From Nymphaea colorata (taxonomy: Eukaryota): a DNA stretch of 64,000 nucleotides. The position numbers and the translations under genes were made by a program. Under the pieces are notes generated by a model. It worked only from the letters and a program-made list of their open reading frames with translations, had not been told where the DNA came from and ran no database searches. The stretch lies in contig NC_045138.2 in assembly GCF_008831285.2 (NCBI RefSeq), positions 36,022,001-36,086,000 of the forward strand. The letters run 5' to 3'. Below are positions 38,608 to 53,032 of this stretch, piece after piece (position 1 is the stretch's first letter; each line of letters starts with the position of its first letter).

Positions 38608-41600
38608 AGTGATTTGAAAGAGAAGCCACATAAATTCATTCTATCAATGTTCCCAACTGTAGATTGGGAAACTACATCAGTGCATTACAATTAAGGTAAA
38701 GTGAGGTACCCAGGCTACTGGACTTGCAACTAGTTTTGTTGGCCACCTTTAACACCAACCAGCGTCCTTTCAGAGGACGGACAGCCAAATAATGCAGATG
38801 TCCGCGTTATTGTGGAGTGTCCTGTTCCATTTAGCACAAACATGGGCCACTCGAGGCTGCATTTGTTACTGTTATTGGCATCCCAGGAAACAAACATGCT
38901 ATAAGTTGCAAATGGGTTAGCTTGAAGACAGTTATTTTTTCTCTTATATCCTGCTTTTAAATAGACTTGTAAGATGTGTTTGAAGATGGGACAATTTTTA
39001 CTTCAAAATAAAGTGCTTTCCTTCGAACAATGTAAAGGAAAACCATTCACAGCCAGTAGGCGCATAGCCTCTTTTTCGGTTAAAGACTGTGGCTGAAAAG
39101 TTGGTCCCGGAAACAAGCCCAGCTTTCTCCCCGTGAAGAAATTTTCCACAATAAGGGGCGTTGGGTGGCTTCCTCAGGCCACCAAATGCAATATGTCCGA
39201 GACAACCCGTCTCATATGTCTTGTAAATAGGAGGCTATCTCAATCACTCTCCAGACACGTGTGACCAGTTACAGTGTCATTTTAGAATAATAAAAGAATT
39301 GTTTGCCTCAAACACTCAATTCTGTGTTTAATTGAGAAATTATTGTACTTTTAGGTTGGATATCTCATTTTGAGACATCCAGTTCATCCATTCAGACATG
39401 CCTTAGAATGCTCACATGGCCATTGGGTGTCACGGATTGATGGACAGTACACCCTGCGTTAGACATTTTTCCAGGTGGAGTGTCAACGTTGTCTCAATCT
39501 TTTGTGTTATCCCAAAATACGGGACATGGAAGGTGAGATAGTAGGTATAAATTTACTGAGATATGAACCAATGTCATTGACACTTAGTATGGTGTTTGTT
39601 ATACTATTATACTACAAGGACAAAGGTGGTGCTAGTATACATCTAGACGCTTTGTCAAAACCAAAAAAGCACCACCTTAATATATTTAAAGTATTTTGGA
39701 GATGAAGGCAACCCTAGTTATCAGGGTAACAGTAACAGTGACACTATGATAGAACTGGAGATGCAAAATAAAAGTGTAAAACTTTTTCTTTACAGTTCAA
39801 CCTTTTTAACTTACATTAACAATGTTTTAGAAGATAATATTGATATTAACCGTATCTTTCACTCTTCAAGTTGCCCCATCAAGCTTCCTGTTCCAACGCG
39901 AACCATATCAGATCCATGTAGCAGGTTCCCCTGCTAGCTAGGAAGTACCTTGAGCGATCATATAATAAAATAAAATCCCTTTCCGTCACAACCCAAGTTT
40001 TTGACATCAAAGTTTTTTTTTTAAAATAATAACAGAAGCAATTGAGTCTTACCCTACCAAAAAAAAGCGTAAGTAATGATCAAAAGACAACCAAATCAAA
40101 CACTAATAAAACATAAAACACTATTTTAAGTGACACCCTTTTTGGTCTCACACAAAGTTACTTAGACTCAAACAACTGAAATGTCTACAAAGCTCAAACT
40201 CGACACAATGTCTAAATCGCCAATGATGGCTCATCACAAAGATTGAGAATGTCAATCATGTAGATCACGATCTCTCAAGAACTATCTATAGAGATAGAAA
40301 GACGGGTTAAATTTTTCTAAGTACGGGAACATGTTCTGACAAAATAAATATACAATTATGTCAAACAAAGCTATACAATAAGTCATGACCTATATCAATA
40401 AGTAGTTAGATTCATAATGCATTTTTGATGTAGAACTTACTATCGTAAGTGAGTTATACTGGACCTTCATGTATTGCAGGATTTCAATGGTAGTCCATTA
40501 GCAATGAACATGATCATTGTGATGAGCAATCAATACAAGACCCTGTGTGCACAAAACAAGACAAAACAACACAAATTTTCACTAGGTGATCCACATAGAT
40601 TGATGGTAACCTGCAGTGAAGCATCCCAAGGTATCCTAGATCGTCGTTGTAACAGCAAAGTCATATTGCTGGTTTCACTCACAGTAGTAGATTGGGCCCT
40701 CTAGAAACCCGGGTTGAGGGACCATGAGACGGCTTACTCTTCAATAAAAAAATATATAATAAAATCTCAAGCCCTTGTGGTGTCCAATATTCTGCAATAT
40801 AAATAGAGGAGCATTGCAAATGCCTACGATGCTTTGAAATAGTAAGTTTAACTAGACCTATTATTATATTGAGTATATTGTTTACATACATAAATATATG
40901 CATCCCTACTTTACACTTTCGACTTTTCTGGTGGAATCGTTGGACTGTATGTTATCGAGAGCTCATCTAGATGAGCAAGCATTTGAATGTATCAAGAAAG
41001 GTTTCAGGGTTCACAGCTTTTGGTTATTTTGTTATATTTTACTCACACGTTTACATGCTTCAAGACATGAAGTACTGTGCTTCCATAATTTCATGGATTT
41101 TTTATTATTGCCGGGGAGAGCGGGAGGATTAAGCAATTGACATAAGTTAAAGAGTACCCTTAACAGTAAATTAGATTTTAAAAATTAATTTTTCAAACAA
41201 AATTCTTTTAGACAAAGTAAATTGAAAAGTAGACATGGATAATTAAATTAAGCAGATTCGCATGGGATTGGCACCAGTGACGCAGAGACCTAAAGGGAAA
41301 GGGAGAGGGAGATGGTGACCTGCACCCCACGATGTTGCCGCTTCCTTTTGTCAAGAAAGCAAGATTTTCCTGTTACGAAATGCCAACCCGTCGCTCTCTT
41401 GGCCTCTCTCTTTCTCTCTCACTACGTCAAAGCTACTGACAGATGATTGAGACAATCTCAACATGGGGAGCCCCTGAGGAGTTCCGGTCGGTAGTCTAAC
41501 CGGAGCTTCAGAAACTACAACACGTAGGTGTTGATATTAAGCGGTCGCTTGAGAGATGATTACGAACGTTATCTTCCTCGATCTAACTGACAATGACCGC

Positions 41601-44600
41601 TTCCCTGCACCTTAACCTGCACGTAAGCTAGTCTTGCAGAAGATCAAGATGACAGAGTTAACCACAAGTTATGCTGTGCTTTCAGAAACGCGTGGTAACC
41701 TTGAATTTTCATCCGAATTATCGGTTAAAGCTAAAGTCGATCGAATGAAGTCAGAAGCTAAGGTTGCCGAGGATTTTAAAACTAGAGAACGTATCTATCA
41801 GTTACATCAAGCACCACAAAGCTGTATCGATCTTTAGACTTCAATCATAAACTCGGTGGTGCCTACGCCTGCTATTTCTAATCACCTGGTGCATCTTATG
41901 AGATGTTTCTTTTTCCAGAGCATTGTGGACACCTACGATGCTTTCGAATAGTACTCGGTGAAGGGTTTGAAGCTCTCATTTCACTGCAGCTTCTTCCTCA
42001 ATAGGAACTTTACCAATTTGATGGAGACGCACAAGGGGGAATGGAACTAGAACAAAGGAAGTTTGATTAATGCACTTTTTCTTGAGATTGGCGCCAGCAC
42101 ATTGAATCAGGTCGCAAATGCAAATGGGTCGAATCTGATTTAAAGGTTTCTTTATTTTTAGCTGCACAAGATACAAACCAGCAAATTCCCCTTGATCCCG
42201 ACATTTGCATCCGCACCCTTAATTTTTTTTTTTTTTTCTTTGTTGAGGGGCATTTCCTATTTTATGTAAAGGTATTCTTGTCGTTTTAAAAAAAAAATTA
42301 ACCTTTTTCAATTTTGTCCTTATAGTGGAGTCCCCTTTTTTTCCTTCCTTTTAACTTGGCTCATAGCATTTACGTCATGAGTACCCACAGATTGAATCAA
42401 AGCCGATCAGCAGAGCCAGTTGACACCAAAAGGTGAGGACATAAGATGAAAGGCGGGCGGGTGCGGCCGAGCCAGAGGCATCGAAATTGAGTAACTTTAG
42501 CCAAAAGTGGGCGGCGATACATACCCATTGGGCGTCATCAAATGCAACTTCATGTGTTGAAGACAAGGTTTTGGATGATAATAGAGGGAATGAAGATCAA
42601 GAAGTGGTGGCGGAGTGGGTGGGATAGCTTTTTCTTTTCTTCTCTTCCTCTTCCTCTCTCTGCTTTAGCTCGGTGGATCGACGTATGAGGGTTTCTTTCC
42701 CCTTTTGCTTTATGAGAGTTGCATTTGGAGTCTCCCGACCCCAGCCATCCATCCATACATCACAATAACGAAGGCAGTCGGGACGGCCATCTGATCTGAT
42801 CTAATGGGCGCAGCCATCGTTCCTTCTCCCCCAATGCACAAGCTTCCAATTCATCAGATCAAAGCCACGAGTAAAAGGAAAGAGAGAGACGGTGGCTCTT
42901 TCCTATTTTTAGGGTGGATCTCATGGATTGCTGAGAGTTGAAAAAAATAAAGAGTGCCGTCATGTGGTGGGCATGGCTTGTGAGGCAGCGTATTATGGGG
43001 GTCCGGTCAAGGTGGGTCCCACATGACCCTTGGGAGCTCCTTGTTTTGGAGGCCAGGGGAACTCATGAAACCAAACTTTTTCTTCTCTCTCTCTCTCTCT
43101 CTTCATTTTCTCTCTCTTCTCCCTGTTGTTCTATGGTTCTTTATTTATCTTTGTTTTTTGTTTTTTTACCGTCTTTTGTTTTCTTGGTGACTACTCATCA
43201 CCCATTTTTTATTAATGAATTCCTCGGATTTTCTTTTTTTTTTTTTTTTCCTTTTAACTATGAAAAAATTAAACAGTTAAAATACAAAATCAAATAATAG
43301 ACAAAAATTACAAATACCCACTTTGCATTTTAGACCTACAAAATCGCCATTTAAGTTTTCTCCATAACTTTCAAATAAAAAAATGAAATTTGAATGGCAA
43401 TTTACAAAATTTCTCATTTCAAAAGCAACGTGTAGAAAATAAAATAAAAAATCAAAATTAAATGATAGAAAGAAAAATCTCCAGCAGTCAACTAAACTTG
43501 ACTACAAAGGCAGACTCTCACTTAAACTCTCGGACAAACGTCTATCTTCGAACTCGGGTCAACCGTGGATTCAGCTGCAAAGCGAGCCCCCCTCACTACC
43601 TATTGAGATGAAGTTTTTTTTTTTTTTTTGATTTGTTAAATATTTAATTTTCGAGAGGAGCAATTTTACAAACTATCCTTCTAATTTTTCTTTTTTTTAA
43701 TCTGTATGCAATGTTTTGAAAAATTACAGGAAAAAACAAGAAAAGCTATTGTTAGGTCTAAAACGTTAGGCGGTCATAATTTGGCAGCCAGCGCTTTTGC
43801 AATTGTTTTCTAAATAATAACATTCACATTTATTGCAGCTGCCATTGACAACAAAAGAAGGTTCCTGTTTTGCAACTGTAAACCATATATTCACACCTCC
43901 CTCAAGCTGTTGGATCTGCACGATAAATCATAAATGTGCTCGGCTATTCCTTGGTTTCGCAGATTCTTTTACTTCTCCCCATTCCTCTTTCCTTCTCCGG
44001 TGAAGATCCCCTCTCGCTTGTGGGCATCTGCACGACAGAAATAATTTTTCTTAAGAAAAGTTCTTTGACCCATCACAGAACGTCGGAAAGCACGCCGATC
44101 ATTGAAGAGCAAGGGACAGAGATTAGTATTTCTTAGTCATGGGCAGTCTTGAGACCAAAATTGAAGTGGAGGGGAACCAACTTCCGAGCAGCTCTATACG
44201 TAGAAAAGGAAAGATGAAAAAGAAGAACTGGACCAAAATATTTCTTCAAATGTTCAGTTTCTTCCAATACGATACGAGGCATGTTCTAAAATAGCTAAGC
44301 ATATTCCTCAAAACACCAATCTCACAGGAAAAAAAAAAGAAAAAGTAAATTCATACAAAGATCCTACACATATGCTTTTCGCTTCCATAAATACTCATGA
44401 ATGCTAACAAAATATAATATATAGCCTATGCAATGATATTATGGTCGTATACGGTTCTGTTTGGATGCCATCTTCCAAAAACGATGTTTTAGGAAAACCA
44501 GATGTTTTGATAACTTGCTATAGGACATGGTTTGCAACACAATGATATTATGATGTATGTAATAAGAAATAACTGCAGTTTTATAGGTGTTTTTCATTAC

Positions 44601-47600
44601 AATGTTGACAAAAAATTAATGGGAAGTTAACTACAGGTTGTGATGAGCAATCATCAAATGATACATTCGTGATCTAAATGAACGTTAGTTCCTTTTGTAA
44701 GTAATCGTATTCGTGATCTGGAGCGCATTATAAGAAATCTTCAAATCTAAGATGTGTTTACATCTTAGAGGTGAAGAATGAAGATGCAAATACATCTGAA
44801 AAGGGGTGGGTGTAATAAGTTCCTTTCTTTTGAAGTTAGATATGTCTAAGCATCCTCGGTTAGAAATGCTTATGAATGAAGGGAATGTAAATCTAAAGGT
44901 GGAACATAACTTTTTTTATATGACATTGAATATGTAATAGTTTTTGTAGCTTTGGCATTAAATATATAAATATATCCGAACACGAAGCAATTTTTCGTGG
45001 CCTAAATAAGCATGGCATATTCAGTTTCATAAGCTCATGGTGATCTTCATACAACTCATGAGTGATGCACAACCTGCCTTTCCGTTCACGTGATATGTCT
45101 GGGAATCTTGTGAGAGATTAGTTTAGGCTTGATTCTTACGTACATACAGCATTTCTTTTCCGAAGAGGCTTTTGAAGAAAAGGAGATGGTAAAGAGATTC
45201 CGCCTCATTCAAGAGTGTTGAGAAATGGAAACCAAACCAAGAGGTTTGTTCACATTATATGTTGACTTCTTAAATTTGTAAATGTGGAGCTAGCCTTGCA
45301 GAAGGCATCTCCAACACGCAATAAGCTTCTTATACCATTTTTGTGTACCTATTGCTAACTATGGACTACCAAAAAGTGCAGTGTGAACTCATGGGATGGT
45401 TGAGGTGCCTGAGGGGCATAGCTATTGCCGGAACGGTGAAGAGTTTGATCATCAGTTTGATTCCTGTAGGTCCTTTTCATGCTTGGTTGACGGATGTCCG
45501 GGTTAGACTCAGATCTTACAGTTGGATCAATATTTTTCTGGTGTTTACATTTGACATGACTTGTTTGGACTTTGGAGCATGCCTAACGTACCTTCCATAA
45601 ACCCAAAAGAGAAAAACTTGATCAAACTTTCACTCATGAATCGAGAGTTTGCGCCAGTGAAAGCCTTTTCTGCCACTACGATTTTTTAATTGTGCGTCAC
45701 TGTTGCCATTTTTGCTGTAGACACATAAAAAAAAAAAAAAAGTTTAGAATTGCTGCAGAAGCCAACCTAATCAACCACGGTCTGGGTCTGCTCCTTCCTT
45801 TCTGCATTCAATCGCAAATGCGGAAAGATCCAGCTTCCATTCCGACTTCACATAAAAGCTGCGACCTGTTTGACGATTAAAGAAGTTTTTTCATGATCAT
45901 TAATCTCACAAATCTGAAACCCTGTGTCGAAAATCTTCCCGAGCATGTGAGGATCTCTCATCTTATCTCGCCTAAAATCCAAGACGAGAGGATCATCATC
46001 GGATCCAACCATCCCCAGGTGTCAAACATGTTTTTTTTTTTTTTTCCTTAAATAAAACTAATTTTATACTTCAAAAATAGGTCAGCCACATGAAACTGTA
46101 AACCCACTGTCCTCTGGAAAAAAGCTGACAAAAGGAAAAGAGCTCCATGCAAACACAAAAAACAGGATTTTTTTCGCGTTTTCTATTACTGTTTTTCTTT
46201 TTCAAGATTTTTCAAAGGAAAGCAACTTTATGGTATTATAAGCGAAGAAAAAAAAAATCTCCCCGTTTAAAACCCATAAATGATATTTATGACTATGCTG
46301 AGGCCGCCCAGCATGTTTGGCTTTACATAACTCAACTTATGCAACAAATAGAAGGTGCCCAAGCAAACCCGCATCTCCAACGCTGATGTCAGTCCGATGG
46401 TGAATTTATGAAGCGATTGCCGGAGCACTTCACCAATGAAGAACACTTCACATGAAAGTGGTTAATTTACACACTAGGAATGCACCAACTTTTTCCCTGA
46501 GTTCTAGATTGATATATCAAGTTTTCTTTTTATTTTGTGTATGCGCTACCATATCTGGATCTGGACTCTGGATTTTAACTCGAAGCCGTTTTCCCGTCAG
46601 CTTTATATCGAACCAGTGAAGTACCCACCAGCGAATGGACTAGGATTTCCATTTAGAGATTCCTGTGGCTGTGAAAGAAGCCAAATTTACACTACATGTG
46701 AAGCTCTAACCCATTGAGATAGCTGCCGCAAAGACAGCTTGACGTGCATTACTTTGCCCTAAAGTAGCAAATGCCACCAAGAAAAGCAAGTAGCAGTGCT
46801 TCACATACATGGAATTTCCTGCATTTAAGTTTCTAAAAAGCAAGAACCAGGCCGAGTTTGGTGATATGGTCAAGATACGAAGTTGAGTATCCAATTCAAA
46901 CTCAAAATATTTAGGAAACCCGTCTGTGGCAATGGAACGCCATGCTTTATAGACATTATATATAGATGTTTTTCATGCAAGATAATCCAATAATATACCA
47001 CCCATCCAGTTCTCGTATGATGTGATTGTACATGTGAGTGCACAAAAGAAGCAACGACGATGACGGGCCATATGATGTGATTGCTCATGTGCTTTCAAGT
47101 GAGAAACCTCATGAATTTTGGTTTAACATCTGCATTTGCATCATGTCCACGCCCTCTTGATAATGCCTTGATGTGACCTACGCGTTATGTCTCTTTATTC
47201 ATCGTCACTATGGCTCTAACTCTCATGGTTACGTTGACAACATACATTTGTCATTTGTTCTGTTTTTCTCTGCATTCCATGGCCTCAACAACAAATATCA
47301 AATGAGTGAAATTCTAAATTAGCACATAAAACTAGAGCATGATTTGAACCTTCCTTTCTCTCTATTTTGCAGGATCCCAAGGACTTGTTTTGCTAAGTAC
47401 GAGTCCGCGCTGATGTTCTAAATAAAGGCATTTCTTTTTCTGTTCTCCACATGTCCAGCTCTCACTTCTATTATTTTTCTAGTTACTTCTTTTGGTGGCA
47501 TCGATACATGATTATGACTTAAAATTAATAATCCTTTTCAAGTATGACTCTAATGGGTATATATGAAAACTCGGAGGGATGAACATACAAGAGCCGAACC

Positions 47601-49302
47601 TTAATTTATACGTCTTGCTCTTTCTTTATTGTAACTTTGATTATGTGACAGCTTATTTCCACTTCTGTCGGCTAATTTATGTGGCTTGCAACACTATGTT
47701 GGCAGACTAAATGTATGTATATCCAACTGCTGGTGTAAAATGGTATATTATTATAACTATCGAAATGTAATTTCATTTTTTTTTTTAAGTTTAAGATCGA
47801 AAGTTAGCCTACTATGTGCTTCAACGGGGTTCATTACATTCTTATTAAGGCCAAGTCTCAATCAGAGGTTTCATGATATGTAAGCTATGACACATATGGG
47901 GAGGGCAGTTCGATTCTTCACGATTTCACTCATTCTAAATCTAATAACATGCAGTACTTTATGCGATTGCCATTCTTAGCATACTTTTATAGAATCTTTC
48001 TTCGGGCTTAGGAATTGAAGGCTCGGGAAATCTTTTCCTCTTCGAGGACGCAATGCATGTTAGTGGAGATATTTTTTTTATAAGTGAATAATCGGAAACT
48101 GTTTGTATACATGGTCATCTATAAGCTTGCAGAAGTACTTTTGGGGAATCACAATCTCTTTAGCTTTTTTGATCTTATTAGACCGTGTAAATGCAATCTG
48201 CATTACTGATTTAATATAAGGATTAACTTTGGATTCTTCTTTTCACAGTTTCTTTGTTTGACATAATTTATACAAAACTGGGTCAGTTTTCAAGCACACT
48301 TGAGATGAATTTCATCAACTCAAGATCTCATTCTCCTCAAGTCGAATGTCTATTTGCCATATCGACGTAGTCAAACTGGATCAAAACAACTTTACAACCA
48401 TAAAAACTTATTGGATCAATGGTAGGCATGGCCAGATCCAGCCGCAAAATTTGAAGTAATAATGATATCATAATACTTGTATGCATTGACTCTAGGAACG
48501 CCTCAATCCTCAAATTGTTCAATAAATGTTCAGAACTCTGGTCATGCTTGAGGGAAGAGAGAGTGTGTGCGTTTGGAAAACAAAATATCATTCAAGAATT
48601 ACCGCCAATCATATTAAAGACAAAATGATAGAGGAGACATTTACTACATTCTAAAAATAGGTGCATCACACGGTATTCTGGACAAGGGGATCCTGGTTTC
48701 CACTTATAAAAGAAAAGGAGACCACAGATAAAAGGAGGAAAAAAGGATCCCAGAGCCCATCTGATTTTGACACGCTTTACCGTTTTGTTTTTTAATTGAA
48801 TTTGGAGCTTGGAAAGATGAACGAAGGTTAAAACTTTAAGCGATGTGAGCCGAGACTTTGTCGGCCACCGGTTTGATACTTTTTGGTAGAGAAGGTGCTT
48901 TTCTAAATAATCGCAAGGAGCCGAAAATTTAAGAAAGAAGATGGCACCTCTTGATTGGGTGGAAAATTGATGATGGGAGGAAGAAAAGGAAAATAGAGAA
49001 AGGAATTAAAGATTAATAAGCACCAGTCGGGGAGAGCCGATTTTGTTTTTGAAATGGCCGGGCTCGTTTCCTCTCAGGGTGGAAAGTCTCTAGAGATGGA
49101 GAGGGGTCCAGAGGGAGACCATGAAATTTGAGAGAGGGAGGAAGTAGGAAAGAGTGAAGAGGTGGGGAGGAGATTGCCGGAGCTTTTCTGGAGGTACGGA
49201 GGAGGAGAGGAGATTGCCGGAACTTTTCTGGAGGTAAGGAGGAGGAGGGGGAGGAAGGGGGTCAGTCTGCGCCGACGGCATGTTCAGAGGTCTCGGAGCC
49301 GC

Positions 49303-49427
49303 TATAAAATTACCCTCGCTCTCTCTTTTCTTTCCCTTTTTCTCTTCCTCCAAGATTTTCTCGCGCAAAACTGCCCTCCCAAAGTTCTTTTTTCTTCGCA
49401 TAGCTTTCTCGCGGCCTGCTTTCCTTG

Positions 49428-49462
<35 letters not shown>
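49303..49462 (+). promoter_or_regulatory. Candidate TATA box and CT-rich 5' leader of the GAMYB gene
   Basis: TATAAAA at 49303-49309 followed by a pyrimidine patch and (CT)n at about 49433-49462; implies 5'-UTR intron(s) before ATG 51109. Confidence 0.55.
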
Positions 49463-49465
<3 letters not shown>

Positions 49466-51108
49466 GCGTGGACGAGCGAGCGCGCATACAGATTCCTTTT
49501 TCTCTTTCTAGAGATTAGGGTTTTCCACTCCGGTATATCCGGGGGATCCCTGACCTTTCGTCGAACGATTGGCTCTCTCTCTTCTCTCTCTATCTCTCGG
49601 ATTCCTTGCCTATACGCGTCTGAATCGCTCGGAGTGACGTCACAGTGGGTGTTGTGTTCCTCAGAGACGGAGGGGCCTCCTTTCCTTTTTTGGGATTTGG
49701 GACCTCTCCGATGGCGGTCATCTTGGCATTGGTCCATGGGATCAGATGCACAACCCCGTGGTAGTAGGGGTTTGGGCTACTGCTTTCCTGCCTTCGTGCG
49801 GTGCTCGCTTTCTGAGGGGATCTACTCTTTCGTCGTTGTGGATTTTGAGCTCTCAGGAGGGGAAGTCGCTTTTGTACCTTGTTAGCTTCGCGAATTGTGG
49901 TGATTCTCTTTTTCGGGTTTCTGGGAATTGGGTGCGAGAATGGGTTGGTTTTTGTTCTGTTTTTGTGTTTGTTTTTTTTCTTTTCTCTCTTGGGTGGTTT
50001 TCCCGCATAATTTAGGTTTTTCTTCTTCTTTTTTCTTTTATGTGAAGATCGAAGGAGATCTTTGTGGGTTGGTTCTTCTTTGTTGAAATCCTCTCGAGTT
50101 CCTCCAACCGTCTTCACTTCGTCTGCATGGTGAATTTCATCCATGGTGATATCGCGTGATGGGAAGTGGAATTGTGGTCTTATTCGATTACGCTTTCCCT
50201 TCCTCAATGTGTAGAGGGATCGAAACTTAGGAAAGTTCTTTTCATGTTTTAGTTGCTCTCTGTAAGTTTTTAGTCATTTTGGTAGCTAAGTATGGGAAAG
50301 ATTCTATATGTTTTTTCCGGTGATCCTTCGTCAAATTTGGCCTCCTTGTTCTATTTTTGTGTAGGCATATAGCATAATGAATACTATATATGAGATTTCT
50401 GAGTATGGGTCTTTGTGCTTGCTGCTTTCTCCTTGTTTGTAAGATTTGAGGCTGTAATCTTTGTTCTGGTTCCTGATTCTTCTCTGAAACGATGGAAACT
50501 TCTAGTCCCGCCTTTAACCTAACAGATGGGCTTCTGGTCTTTGTATCAGTTGTCTCAAATTGCGGAGTTGTTCCAACGAGAACACATTTTAACTCTTCAG
50601 CATCTTATTTTGTGAAGAATACGATATATTAATTATCCTTATATGTTAATTGTTATTTAGGCTTTTATAAATAACTACTTATTCTGCTTTTCTCATTGGA
50701 TTTCAGTGGCATTCAGATCGAACTTGTTGTTGCTTGCTTGCTGAAGAATCTGGAGATTTGTTGTAGCATTGATCTTGATCGCCTGTGTTTGGATCTATCG
50801 GCTGCTTTTTATCTGGTATGGAGGTTGGGAACTGAAACATTTGCAACCATTATGTTACCTGACAATGATCTCATTCATTTACGAAGACTTCTTTGAACTT
50901 TTTTTGGTTCAGCTGTTGACTTCTATTCGAGTTTCTCTTATTTTGCGATGGATACTGCTTCTCATCCATGTTACATGGGCATGAAATATTTGATCATTAA
51001 AATGATGAGTTCGATCTTAAGTTTATTCATTGTTGAATCCTTAGAATGATGTTCTTTCGAATTTATCTTCTCTTAGACTGTGTAGCTGGTGCAGGAGTGG
51101 GTCAAGAC

Positions 51109-53032
51109 ATGGGTCGGACAGCAAATGAGACCGAGGATCTTTATCTTACAAAGCATCAGACCGATTCACCATCAGCTGATGATAGTGGGAGTAGTGGAGC
51201 CCCGGGGGGCGTAATTCTGAAAAAAGGTCCATGGACAGCTGCAGAGGATGCCATTCTGGTAGAGTATGTCAAGAAACATGGTGAGGGAAACTGGAATGCA
51301 GTGCAAAAGCACTCAGGTCTTTTTCGATGTGGGAAAAGCTGTCGCTTGCGGTGGGCGAATCATCTAAGACCCAATTTGAAGAAAGGTGCTTTTACTCCTG
51401 AAGAAGAACGTCTGATAATTGAACTCCATGCCAGAATTGGAAATAAATGGGCCAGAATGGCAGCACAGGTATAATAATCATTTCTTAATTTTGCACGCAC
51501 TGCTGGTTTTTTTTTTTAGGTTTTGTAACTACTGATCATATTAAAACGTGCAAAGTCTATTATCTTCATTTCTTTTTGCCTGCTCCTGAAAGTGTGTCCT
51601 CCTTTTGTTTCAGTTGCCAGGGCGAACCGATAATGAGATAAAAAATTACTGGAACACTCGAATAAAGAGACGCCAACGAGCTGGTTTGCCTCTTTATCCT
51701 TCTGATATGAATCTGCAAACTATAAATGAGGGCCAGCAAAATCAAAATGTAAATGAATTCGGGGTGTTTGACACTGGTCATCAAGGCCTTTTGCATGCCA
51801 GTGGCTTTGAGATTCCCCCTGTTTCATTCGACAGCATTAAAGCTGCTCAGGAGAACTTGCCTTACACACCCTCCTTTCCTGACGTCTCTGTGACTAACAT
51901 TCTTGGTCAGGGTCTGGGATCCTCTCAAGGTTACAACTTTCTTAGCCCCCAGACTCACCGTGCCAAGAGACTTCGAGATTATGACTCCTCATTTCCTAGT
52001 TTTCCTAGTGGGACAAACTGTTCATTTCTATATGATCCCCCATTTAATCAGTTCCAGAACGACACATTCGAGAAGGTCCAGCGGCCCTTTTCCATAAGTT
52101 TTCAGTCCAATCCTGATCCAAACAGAAGGAGTACATCTCCTCTGGGGTGTATGATGTCCGGCAGCCATGCCCTATCAAATGGCAATTTCTCTGCTTCCAA
52201 GCCTCTCAATGAGGTTGTAAAGTTGGAGCTCCCTTCATTCCAATATCCAGATACCATTCTCAACAATTTGGGTGCAAGCATTCCTCCACTCCCGCCCCTG
52301 GAGACAGCTGTTACATTCACCCAGTCTCCTCCAATGATGCATGCACAGTCTGATTGCTCGTCACCTCGGAACAGTGGTCTCTTACAGGCACTGATTCATG
52401 AGGCCCAAGCACTGAGCACCTCAAAGAATCACTCCTGTGAAAGCAGTACCCATTCTTCTGCAATGCCTGGTGAGACTGCTGATCGATCTACCATGAACCA
52501 ATGCGATACAGAGTGGGCTGAACTCAGTGACTCTTTTTGCCAGACTCCTGCTTCTATTTTTAGTGAATGTAATCCTCCTGCAAGTGGGTCATTTATAGCC
52601 TCCTCGCCTGTCAATGAGATGACTGGTGAGAATTTTTATGTGCTGCACTCATTATTTTCTCCTATAGTGCATTAAATTCCTTTTTCTTACTACATGAGGA
52701 ACTTTACTTTTGTATTGCTTCTAGGTACTACGAAGGTAGAAGCAGTTGAACAAATTTCAAATCCAAGTATTGAGACTAATGAGCTGGGGATTGATATCCA
52801 TTTCACAAGGCCAGATGAATTACTTATGTCAGACTGGTTTGAACAAAGTTCAGAATGTGTAAAGGAACAGTCAAATGTAACAGATACCTTTGCAACATTT
52901 CTTGGTGAGGATTTTTATAATGACTACAAACAGCTAGACACTGAATCTTCAGCATTAAATCAGTCCTGTGCACTTGGTTCTTTGCCTTGGAATAATATGC
53001 CGGCTGTCTGCCAAATGTCTGAACAACCTTGA
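51109..53032 (+). CDS. GAMYB: GAMYB / MYB33-65-like R2R3-MYB transcription factor
   Basis: Exons 51109-51468, 51614-52625, 52725-53032. R2R3 repeats (LKKGPWTAAEDAIL...LPGRTDNEIKNYWNTR), QRAGLPLYP, KLELPSFQ, SPRNSGLL, C-terminal PWNNMPAVCQMSE. Confidence 0.96.
52224..52244 (+). promoter_or_regulatory. miR159 target site
   Basis: TGGAGCTCCCTTCATTCCAAT within the KLELPSFQ codons, the canonical GAMYB miR159 site. Confidence 0.95.

Noticed and set aside
41445..41460. TGACAGATGA resembling the miR156 5' end
   Set aside because: Similarity ends after a few bases and no complementary arm was seen.
43020..43050. GGAGCTCCTTG as a MIR159/319 arm
   Set aside because: Match is only about 10 nt and no mature-arm sequence is nearby.
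49090..50207. Long overlapping ORFs of about 200 aa on both strands
   Set aside because: Low-complexity products of CT/GA-rich leader and intron sequence with no recognisable domain.
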